Shown: positions 11,414-18,708 of the stretch, one piece after another | Layout of the letters: each line of letters begins with the position of its first letter | Numbering within the stretch: the stretch's first letter is position 1 | DNA from: Thermoplasmatota archaeon | GTDB taxonomy: Archaea; Thermoplasmatota; Poseidoniia; Poseidoniales; Poseidoniaceae | DNA: 64,000 bases | NCBI GenBank assembly: GCA_036160375.1 | Contig: JAYYDY010000068.1 | Coordinates: 169 to 64,168 of the forward strand | Direction: 5' to 3' | Made by a program: the position numbers and the translations under genes | The notes under the pieces: model-generated | Database searches by the model: none | What the model was told of the DNA's origin: nothing | Seen by the model: the letters and a program-made list of their open reading frames with translations, nothing else

Positions 11414-12226
11414 GCCAAGATGGGCTTTGATGCGCTCTTGTGTTTCGGGGCAATCGATGCCTTTCGGCGACAGCAACCAACCAATGTAGGATGGGTCGTT
11501 GGCTTGCACTTCCCGCAGGTAGCGTCCACGGTGGCGGCCAAAAGCGAGCACGAGTTCTTCACCGTCTTCCCTGACTTTACCCATGCTGTCAACGGGCGGA
11601 AGATCATCCAACCCCCGACCAAGTTCTGATGCGTCTTTGGCGCTGTCACCGGTGACGATCCACCGCTCAAGTTCAGGAATGGATTTTCGAAACGCGCCAG
11701 CATGCTCCACACTCAAGCGCCAAAACAGCAACATGGTCGCTGCCGCATCCGCTGCCGCCGTGTGCGCCGCTTCGAGGCGAATGCCATGGCGCTGGCACAA
11801 TGCACCGAGGTTATGCGGCCGAGGCAATCGAAGTCTTCGGACCAACTCTAACGTGTCCATGATGGCTTTGGGCTGGGGGGCGAGTCGCCCCATGCGAAGG
11901 AATTCGGTCTTGAGCATGGCGTAATCGAACTTGCGAACGTTGTGGCCCACAAGGATGGCGCCGTCAATGAGTTCAGCCAATTCGTCGGCGACCTCGGAAA
12001 GCGGTGGCTTGTCTCGTACGTCTTCGTTGAAGATGCCGTGGATGTTGCTGGCCTCGTACGGGATGCGAACCGGGGGCTTGACCAACTGTTCCACGTTCAC
12101 GGGGGTGCCGTCACTGAGGGTGCCGATGAGGGCGTACTGGACGATGCGGTCGTTGTTGGTTGACACGCCGGTGGTTTCCAAATCGAACGCCAGGATCTTC
12201 TCGCCTTGGAAAAGGTCCTGTGCCAT
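11408..12226 (-). CDS. DEDDh 3'-5' exonuclease (DnaQ/epsilon-like) with C-terminal extension
   Basis: ExoI is ILAFDLETTG, ExoII is LVGHNVRKFDYAML and ExoIII is HTAAADAAAT (H-x4-D). Start chosen at MAQDLFQ (12226); the ORF is open to 12337. The 3' end overlaps the convergent nuclease gene by 6 nt. Confidence 0.8.
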   Translation of the reverse strand: MAQDLFQGEKILAFDLETTGVSTNNDRIVQYALIGTLSDGTPVNVEQLVKPPVRIPYEASNIHGIFNEDVRDKPPLSEVADELAELIDGAILVGHNVRKFDYAMLKTEFLRMGRLAPQPKAIMDTLELVRRLRLPRPHNLGALCQRHGIRLEAAHTAAADAAATMLLFWRLSVEHAGAFRKSIPELERWIVTGDSAKDASELGRGLDDLPPVDSMGKVREDGEELVLAFGRHRGRYLREVQANDPSYIGWLLSPKGIDCPETQERIKAHLGS

Positions 12227-12292
12227 GAACGCCAATCGCAGGGTGCCCCCTTTGAACATCACTCTCAAACGGCATGACCCTTTCCCACCACC

Positions 12293-12670
12293 ATGGGATG
12301 GCGAGATTGGTTTACCCCGTCCACCGACAAGGGCCAATCGGAGGAAGAGGAACGGGAAGAGACGACGTCAAACCAAGACGCAGAAGCCTTTGCTGCCCTT
12401 CAGGATGTGAAGACGGCTGAAGCCCTTTCGCTCTTTGATGAAGAAGAGGACCAACCCTCTCCCTCCACTGCTCTTGAGGCACCGTATGACGCCAGCGATG
12501 CGAGGGTGGATGATTTACTGACCGAGGCCGAGGAGAGTTTTACGCATCGCGACGAAGTATCCATTGCGGATGTGAGCGAACTCGAGGACCCTTACTTGGC
12601 CGCCACCATTGAGGGCGATGTGCCCGAAACCGTTGTTTTTGATGACGACGAAAATCCGCCCGCTGTTTAA
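12293..12670 (+). CDS. hypothetical acidic protein
   Basis: A 125-aa D/E-rich low-complexity ORF fills the gap between divergent genes. No motif was recognised and coding status is uncertain. Confidence 0.4.
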   Translation: MGWRDWFTPSTDKGQSEEEEREETTSNQDAEAFAALQDVKTAEALSLFDEEEDQPSPSTALEAPYDASDARVDDLLTEAEESFTHRDEVSIADVSELEDPYLAATIEGDVPETVVFDDDENPPAV

Positions 12671-12716
12671 TCTGCGCTCCCGAACCATTAGAAAGGACAA
12701 GCGTCGGGTTTCGCCT

Positions 12717-13904
12717 ATGGTGGCCCTGAATTCCGAGCGAGCGTTGGCGTTGGTCATGGTCCACGTCATGCTTCTTGGAATGGTGGCGGGTTGCATTGGT
12801 GCGCTCGACACCACCGTTGACCCTCGTGCAACGCTGGAGGCCTATCCGACGCTCATTCAGGAGGGCGAGATGGTCACGCTGGATGCACGCGAATCTTCGC
12901 CTGTTGAAGGTGTGATCACCAAGTACGAATGGGATTTCGGCGATGGGACCACCGCTGAAACCGTGATTGGTTTCACCTCCCACACGTACCTTGCTTACGG
13001 CCAATACACGGTTCGCATCACCGTTACCAACGACCAAGGTGGAACCGACGACGCCCTTGCCACCATCGTGGTCAACGGGGCACCAGTGGTCAACATCTCC
13101 ATGCCAGCGACGGTGCGGGCTGGGGATGCAGCCCTTTTGGATGCTTCAAATTCATACGATCCGGAGGGTAACCCCTTGACGTTTGCTTGGGATCTGAACA
13201 CTCTTGTGGACAGCGATGGCGACGGCGATTCAAGCAACGACGCTGACGAGACCACCGAAACCGTCCTCCTTGACACCTCAACTTCCGGCCTTATCTACGG
13301 CTCCCTGCGCGTGGACGACGGTGCCGGAGCCTTCGCCGTGGAACCGTTTGAAATCAACGTAACGACCCGGACCTTCAAGGTGACATGGATCACGGAGACC
13401 TACGAAGTTTCGTGGGACGAATACCTCGACCAGGGTGATTCGTGGTCCGGAAACATGACGCCGGGTGATATCGGGCGCGTGCTCTCATTCAATGCCGTTC
13501 TCGAGCTGGACCAAGACGTCGCACCTCCTCACGACAATTTCACCCTGGGGCTGAACATCGTGGAGGACAATTACAACCGTCGTGTCGCCACAGAACCTGG
13601 CAACTATTCGACCAACGAACCCGCTCGTGCTGAAATGGCCGAGGATGGGATGAACGAACGCGGCGAAGACGGCTTGTACACGTCCGATTCGGCCGAAGCT
13701 CTGCTCCGACTTCTGTTGAATTCTCGGGACAGCGGCAACGGTCAAGGAACGTGGGTGTGGACGGTCGTCGCTCAGCAATCCGATCCGGATGCGTTCATCG
13801 GTGAAATTGACCCTGATCCGGGCAACGACTGGACCCTCACCGTCGAGGTGGTCGTGATGCGCCCGTCGTTGACCGAGGTGGCGTTAGGAAACGCCAGCGA
13901 GTGA
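12717..13904 (+). CDS. PKD-domain surface lipoprotein-like protein
   Basis: Start at ATG 12717 gives MVALNSERALALVMVHVMLLGMVAGC (lipobox-like LLGMVAGC). PKD signatures: YEWDFGDGTTAE..YTVRITVTNDQGGTD and FAWDLN..DSDGDG. Confidence 0.75.
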   Translation: MVALNSERALALVMVHVMLLGMVAGCIGALDTTVDPRATLEAYPTLIQEGEMVTLDARESSPVEGVITKYEWDFGDGTTAETVIGFTSHTYLAYGQYTVRITVTNDQGGTDDALATIVVNGAPVVNISMPATVRAGDAALLDASNSYDPEGNPLTFAWDLNTLVDSDGDGDSSNDADETTETVLLDTSTSGLIYGSLRVDDGAGAFAVEPFEINVTTRTFKVTWITETYEVSWDEYLDQGDSWSGNMTPGDIGRVLSFNAVLELDQDVAPPHDNFTLGLNIVEDNYNRRVATEPGNYSTNEPARAEMAEDGMNERGEDGLYTSDSAEALLRLLLNSRDSGNGQGTWVWTVVAQQSDPDAFIGEIDPDPGNDWTLTVEVVVMRPSLTEVALGNASE

Positions 13905-13942
13905 TAGCGAAAGGGGTATGAAGCGGGGCCGCTTGGCATGGA

Positions 13943-14305
13943 ATGGTTACGATGGTGGACACAGTAGAAATCGGACGCGTCACCCTTCGAGACACGTTGT
14001 CGCTGGACCTCTCGGTGTGGATGAACCACCCCGATGATTGGGATTTCCGTCCCGTGTTGAGCTACGCCGGCTCCACGCTCACCATCACCTGTGCGAACCA
14101 GGGCACGGAATTGGCCACGGTCGATTTGGACGACGAACAGGACGAAGCCCTCCAGCGAGATCGCGTGGCCGAACTCCGCGTCAAATTCCAGGTTCACGGC
14201 ATGCACGGGCGCCTCAACGACATTCACCCCATCATCGCCGACGGGAAAGCGAAGAAACTCGCTACGGCCAACTGGAAAACAACCCAGCCGGTCCAATTCA
14301 ATTGA
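13943..14305 (+). CDS. hypothetical protein
   Basis: 120-aa ORF with ordinary composition; overlapping frames look like junk. No family was recognised. Confidence 0.5.
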   Translation: MVTMVDTVEIGRVTLRDTLSLDLSVWMNHPDDWDFRPVLSYAGSTLTITCANQGTELATVDLDDEQDEALQRDRVAELRVKFQVHGMHGRLNDIHPIIADGKAKKLATANWKTTQPVQFN

Positions 14306-14351
14306 ACCCCCAACGAATCTTTGATAACGGTTCACGCCGATTTGTCGGTTC

Positions 14352-14630
14352 ATGTCTCACGGACAAGGAAAGGGAAGCCAAAAACGAGCACGGTTCGAAC
14401 GATTGGTCAGCGAGGTTCGCAAGTTTGTCTGTGCCAACCCTGGTTGCTCAGCCCAAGCCATCGTGGCCAATTTGAATCACGACCAAAAGATGCGAAACCA
14501 CGGGTTAACCCCCAGGAAGGTCGGGTTCTTCATCACGCGAAATCTTCGCGATTCGCTGACATGGTGGCAAGATCACCGAGCAGGTCGCCGAGTGTACGGC
14601 CCTGTTCGCGAGAACGGTCAGAATTCGTGA
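14352..14630 (+). CDS. small basic hypothetical protein (possible winged-helix DNA binder)
   Basis: 92 aa and Lys/Arg-rich (KRARFERLVSEVRKF...). The alternative frame 14321-14665 is S/R/P-rich junk. The wHTH assignment is a guess. Confidence 0.4.
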   Translation: MSHGQGKGSQKRARFERLVSEVRKFVCANPGCSAQAIVANLNHDQKMRNHGLTPRKVGFFITRNLRDSLTWWQDHRAGRRVYGPVRENGQNS

Positions 14631-14686
14631 ACCTCGCTCCATCGTTGAGCGGTTCGCTCATGTAGGTTCGGTACGGTCGCTCTTTC

Positions 14687-15352
14687 ATGGGCAGCACCGT
14701 TGCGGCGTACTTCGACCTTGACGGTACGCTGCTCAACGCCTCGAGCGAGAAGACGTTGACGGCCTACCTCGCTCGACGTCGCCCATGGCGTATTCCTTGG
14801 GGAACGGTAGCGTGGACCGCCGGCTTCCTCTCCAACCTTCTTCGAGGCCGGGCCGTTTACGACGCTGCTCGAAACAGAGGGCACCTCTCCCTGGCTTCGT
14901 GGGACGTGCTGGAACGTTACTCGGCCCAACTCGCTGAGGTACGGCTCAAGGCGTGCATCCCTCCACAAGCGTGGGAGAAACTCGCATGGCACCGTGAACA
15001 GGGCCACCGTCTCGTGCTCGTCACCGCCACGGTGGCGCCCATGGCCGAAGCCATGGCCGAGGTTTTGGGCATGGACGCTGTGTACGGCTGTGGCCCAGCC
15101 GAACGAAGGGGCATGCTCTCCGGTTCCGAACGGGGTTGGAGCGTTCCCCGCCGGAAAGGAAAAGTTCCCGTGGTGCAGGCTGACGCAGCCAGCAACGGAC
15201 ATGATCTTTCGCTGTGTTATGGCTATGGCAACACGCTTGCAGATTCGTGGTTCATGGCGCTGTGTGGTCACGCTATCGCTGTCAGTCCCGAAGGCTCACT
15301 TCGGCGACACGCCGAGAAGGAAGGCTGGGAGATCGTGGACTGGCGTTCTTGA
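14687..15352 (+). CDS. HAD-IB family hydrolase (SerB-like phosphatase)
   Basis: Motif I is YFDLDGTLL, motif II is LVLVTAT and the C-terminal part has YGNTLADSWF (GD/ND-type motif IV). Confidence 0.72.
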   Translation: MGSTVAAYFDLDGTLLNASSEKTLTAYLARRRPWRIPWGTVAWTAGFLSNLLRGRAVYDAARNRGHLSLASWDVLERYSAQLAEVRLKACIPPQAWEKLAWHREQGHRLVLVTATVAPMAEAMAEVLGMDAVYGCGPAERRGMLSGSERGWSVPRRKGKVPVVQADAASNGHDLSLCYGYGNTLADSWFMALCGHAIAVSPEGSLRRHAEKEGWEIVDWRS

Positions 15353-15367
15353 GTTTATGTAGACTCA

Positions 15368-16381
15368 ATGTCCATGGCTTCCATGGAAGATGGTCATTTG
15401 GGCAAGTTGTTTGGGGACGATGAGACGAAGTTCAACGATGGATACCGGAACGGCACGGTTCAGGAACTTCGCCGCAACACGATGTTCATGGGAATGATGG
15501 GCGTCGCACACGCCGCAGAACGTGCAGCCAACTTGGTGATGTCCATCATTGAAGAAAACGAGGACCGCATGCAAATGGACGATGCGCAACACCTCCTCAT
15601 CACGGGAACCTTGGCCATTTACCGCGTCGATATTGGCTCCTTCATGGCCAAGTTCGTCAACCCCTTTGACTACAACTCGTTTGACGTGGTTGAAGTTCAT
15701 CCCAAAAGCGGATTGGTCAAGGAACCCAAAACGGCCTGCGTTCAAGTTCAGCCGCAAAAGAACATGCCAGCGTACGACCTGTTGGCCGGGTACATCTTGG
15801 GGTTGCTCAACGACGAAGTCACCTGGCTTCAGGACAGTCTGAGCCCACTTCGCCGCACCCTGTTCCAGATTTACGGCTTGGCGCAGTCGCCGCTCACGGC
15901 GAGCATGGAAGACCACTTTGCAGAACTGGTTGCCGGCGAGTTTGACTACACCAACGACACCTTCACCTTCGAAGGAACCAACGGTTGGTCGTGGCGCCTT
16001 CACTTCGGTCAACCGCTCAGAGATGGCTACAAAGTGGAATATCAAAAACCACGACAGACCTGGTGGAACACCCTGTTTGAGGACCATGAGAAAGACTCCA
16101 CGGGCCACTACACGCTCTCAGGGTTCTTTGAGGTGGTTGAACACCTCGCTGAGAGTCCCCGTCGCTTGAAGGCCGCAACCGATTGGAACACCGACCCGAT
16201 TTTCCTTCGAAAGGTGGCCAGTGACTACCCGCCGGTGGCGAAGGCCATGGCCGGGCGCCTCATGGACGACAACTACAGTGCGGACGATATTTACTCGTTC
16301 TACGATGAACCCATTTCACAAGAACAGGCCGACACCGTGCGCCACCTTGACCGCCTGATTTTGCAGCGCGCTCACGCTTGA
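15368..16381 (+). CDS. hypothetical protein
   Basis: 337-aa ORF with normal composition; the opposite-strand ORF 15365-16108 is V/G/R/L-rich shadow. No family was recognised. Confidence 0.6.
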   Translation: MSMASMEDGHLGKLFGDDETKFNDGYRNGTVQELRRNTMFMGMMGVAHAAERAANLVMSIIEENEDRMQMDDAQHLLITGTLAIYRVDIGSFMAKFVNPFDYNSFDVVEVHPKSGLVKEPKTACVQVQPQKNMPAYDLLAGYILGLLNDEVTWLQDSLSPLRRTLFQIYGLAQSPLTASMEDHFAELVAGEFDYTNDTFTFEGTNGWSWRLHFGQPLRDGYKVEYQKPRQTWWNTLFEDHEKDSTGHYTLSGFFEVVEHLAESPRRLKAATDWNTDPIFLRKVASDYPPVAKAMAGRLMDDNYSADDIYSFYDEPISQEQADTVRHLDRLILQRAHA

Positions 16382-16390
16382 GTGAGGGAA

Positions 16391-16409
16391 TGAGCGGCCC
16401 CACCGCGAT
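16391..16409. repeat. 19-bp direct repeat copy 1 (duplicate of tRNA-Arg 3' end), att-like
   Basis: TGAGCGGCCCCACCGCGAT is identical to 16459-16477. It lies 49 bp beyond the tRNA-Arg 3' end. Confidence 0.8.
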
Positions 16410-16458
16410 GTGAGTTCCACGCGGAACGAACATGCGTGGGCTGCACGTGAGAGCGGTT

Positions 16459-16477
16459 TGAGCGGCCCCACCGCGAT
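16459..16477. repeat. 19-bp direct repeat copy 2 (within and flanking the tRNA-Arg 3' end)
   Basis: TGAGCGGCCCCACCGCGAT on the tRNA strand covers the end of the T loop, the T-stem 3' strand, the acceptor 3' strand, the discriminator and 4 nt of trailer. Confidence 0.8.
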
Positions 16478-16536
16478 TCGAACACGGGTTCGAGGCTCCG
16501 CAAGCCTCTGTGATATCCAAGCTACACTATAGGGCC
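16463..16536 (-). tRNA. tRNA-Arg (anticodon GCG)
   Basis: Hand fold of the reverse complement: acceptor GGCCCTA/TGGGGCC; anticodon stem GAGGC/GCCTC with loop TTGCGGA (GCG). T arm is CCGTG-TTCGAAT-CGCGG; discriminator G; CCA is not encoded. Confidence 0.85.
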
Positions 16537-16629
16537 ACTCCGCCCCACCGGCCACCCCAATATAAGCGCGAGGGTGAGCCTCTAGCGGGTGAAGCAAGGG
16601 TTCATTGGCGGCGCCGCTGTGCTAGCAGC

Positions 16630-17052
16630 ATGGCGGTCGAGATTCAACGCAAGGTTGAGTTCTCCATGATCGACATGGCTAACGTGGCTTACTACCCACG
16701 AATTTTTGATTTGGCCCACAAGGTGTTTGAGCAAGCTTGGGAGGCCATGTGCGACGTTTCTTATCCCTCACTGGTCAACGAGCGAAGGGTTGGGTTTCCC
16801 GTGGTTTCGCTGACCTCCGCCTTCCATGCACCGCTTCGCTACGGCGATACGATCACGGCTTCGGTGGCCATTTCCTCCATCGGAACGACGTCCCTTGGTT
16901 GGACCTACACCTTCGTGAATCAGCACGGTGAAACCGTTTGGGCGTCGCAACAAGCCACGGTTTGCGTTGACATGGACACGATGGAAAAGCAACCGATTCC
17001 CGACGACCTGAGACCGGGTTTGAATCGGCACCTTGAGGAGGCGACGTCGTGA
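16630..17052 (+). CDS. acyl-CoA thioesterase, 4HBT/YbgC-like hotdog fold
   Basis: From ATG 16630: IDMANVAYYPRIFDLAHKVFE...GFPVVSLTSAFHAPLRYGDTI matches the 4HBT pattern. The upstream part of the track ORF overlaps the tRNA and was discarded. Confidence 0.72.
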   Translation: MAVEIQRKVEFSMIDMANVAYYPRIFDLAHKVFEQAWEAMCDVSYPSLVNERRVGFPVVSLTSAFHAPLRYGDTITASVAISSIGTTSLGWTYTFVNQHGETVWASQQATVCVDMDTMEKQPIPDDLRPGLNRHLEEATS

Positions 17053-17621
17053 GCCCGACGGATTTGGAGGTTCGGCCTGATGAAAAGGGCCCGAAGAACC
17101 TCGCCGTCATCCTTCTCCTCAGTTCAATTATCGTGGCCGGCATGGGATGGCAGGACTGGCAACTTCACAACGACGGTTTGACCGACGAGCAAATCGAGAC
17201 GTTTCTCGCCACGCCCAACAGTCAACCCGGTGAGCCAACCACCGTCGACCAGTACCGTGACTTCGAGACCGATGTCCGGGACAACAACGGCTACCTGGTA
17301 CGAGGCGTTTCGTTGCTGATTTCATCCCTCTGCTTGCTGGTGGGTGCGCCCATGTTGTACCGCCTGCAACGCAACGGGGCGCGGTTGTGTTCGGCCGGTG
17401 CCCTCATCGGTTTGGTGGGCGGCTTGATCGGAAGCATGACCATCAACGACGCCGCACAAACCCATCTTGGCGATGCGATGAAACTCACCTACGAAATTTG
17501 GGTTTACCTCTGCGGCACCACCATGGGGCTGTGCCTTGCCGTTGCGGCGCTTCCTCTTCTCAACGTGCGGGCCCGTTTGGCGTTGCATCCAAGGGTGGAA
17601 CTGCATCACGAAGACGAGTGA
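17049..17621 (+). CDS. hypothetical membrane protein
   Basis: GTG start overlaps the thioesterase stop (GTGA). There are four hydrophobic helices. No family was recognised. Confidence 0.55.
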   Translation: MSPTDLEVRPDEKGPKNLAVILLLSSIIVAGMGWQDWQLHNDGLTDEQIETFLATPNSQPGEPTTVDQYRDFETDVRDNNGYLVRGVSLLISSLCLLVGAPMLYRLQRNGARLCSAGALIGLVGGLIGSMTINDAAQTHLGDAMKLTYEIWVYLCGTTMGLCLAVAALPLLNVRARLALHPRVELHHEDE

Positions 17622-18064
17622 TCGGTGGGCTGTGGCCACTTCTTTGCGAGCGCTTTGCGGAGATCATCGTCCATCACGGCGTTCCACCAATCGCTGCCCT
17701 GCCAAATGGCGTATTTGCCTCGAATGCCACGCAGGTCGGCGCCTCCAAACTGACAGTTTCTGAAGTTGGAGAGGTTCAAGCGGGCCTTGCGTAAATCCGC
17801 TCCACGAAAGTCCGAGCCGTCAAAGGCGGACTTCATCAAATCGGCTTCAACCATGGACGCTCTCCTAAAATCGCAGTGGGTAAAGTCGCCTTCCGTCAAG
17901 TCAGCCCGGTCAAAAATGGTGCGACGGAAGTTCGACCCTGCGTGCCGTCCTTTGCGCAGGAGGGCTTCAGCATGGTTTTGGAAGGAGTAGTCAACCACCA
18001 CGGCTTGTTCGGCAACCGATTCGTCGTCCCGTGGGTCGCCTTGTCCGCCGCCCGACATCACCAT
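17606..18064 (-). CDS. pentapeptide-repeat protein
   Basis: Tandem A(D/N)LXX pentapeptides: ADLTEGDFTHCDFRRASMVEADLMKSAFDGSDFRGADLRKARLNLSNFRNCQFGGADLRG. Start chosen at ATG 18064 (GGTGG upstream); the ORF is open to 18097. Confidence 0.8.
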   Translation of the reverse strand: MVMSGGGQGDPRDDESVAEQAVVVDYSFQNHAEALLRKGRHAGSNFRRTIFDRADLTEGDFTHCDFRRASMVEADLMKSAFDGSDFRGADLRKARLNLSNFRNCQFGGADLRGIRGKYAIWQGSDWWNAVMDDDLRKALAKKWPQPTDHSSS

Positions 18065-18074
18065 GTTGTCCACC

Positions 18075-18578
18075 TCAAGCGTTGGAGCGCTTGTCAAGGT
18101 GGGCTTGGCCTTCGGGTGTAAGGATTGCGAACCGGTTCTTGTCGTCCTTTCCGGTTGGAACCATCAGGAAGTTTCGCTCCTTCAGGCGGTTCAGGTAAAG
18201 GGAAAGGTTCCCGGGGGGGTCGATCCCTGCGTCGGTGAACAGGTCGTTGACCACGCGAGGTGGGCTGTCGCTGATGCCCTCGACGTCTCGAAGGTAGTGG
18301 ATGGCCCCGAGAACCTGATCGGGTTTTCGGGTCAGCGCACAGTTTTCGAGCAACGCACGGAATGCCGATCCTCGCTCAGGGAGTCCGGCGTCTCGTGCCG
18401 CTGAGACCGCAGCTTCAAGCGCTGCCTCTCGTGCTTCTCGGATGCGTTCGAGCAGCACCGTCCAAGTGTGCTCCGTTTTGGTTTGGAGCAACTGCTCGTC
18501 GATCTGAATGGCTGCACCCTCCAGATCGATTTCGACATCGCCCGCTTGAATCGTGAGTCTCAATATCCACGCCCTCAA
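18075..18578 (-). CDS. hypothetical protein with possible C-terminal winged-helix domain
   Basis: There is no in-frame ATG near the 5' end, so a TTG start at 18578 or 18563 is likely. The C-terminal LSLYLNRLKERNFLMV..KNRFAILTPEGQAHL looks wHTH-like. Co-oriented with and 10 nt upstream of the pentapeptide gene. Confidence 0.5.
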   Translation of the reverse strand: MRAWILRLTIQAGDVEIDLEGAAIQIDEQLLQTKTEHTWTVLLERIREAREAALEAAVSAARDAGLPERGSAFRALLENCALTRKPDQVLGAIHYLRDVEGISDSPPRVVNDLFTDAGIDPPGNLSLYLNRLKERNFLMVPTGKDDKNRFAILTPEGQAHLDKRSNA

Positions 18579-18708
18579 TGGTTGAATGCGTTGTGGTCAT
18601 TGATAACATTATGTTGAGAAAAAAAATACATTTTTGCGGCATAAACAGGGTTCATCAAGGCAAAACCGACATAAGAGGGAGGGGGACACAACGGAGCGAG
18701 GCCTTCCC
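18579..18708. promoter_or_regulatory. AT-rich divergent intergenic region (likely bidirectional promoter)
   Basis: This is the lowest-GC stretch in the window. It contains ATTGATAACATTATG and A8-TACA-T5 (18619-18635) between divergently transcribed genes. Confidence 0.35.

Noticed and set aside
13915-13940. AGCGGGGCCGCT near 13925, sharing 9 nt (as reverse complement) with the tRNA-Arg att-like core; considered as a distal att site
   Set aside because: Only 9 nt match, the orientation is inverted rather than direct, and the sequence is a self-complementary GC-rich palindrome likely to arise by chance.
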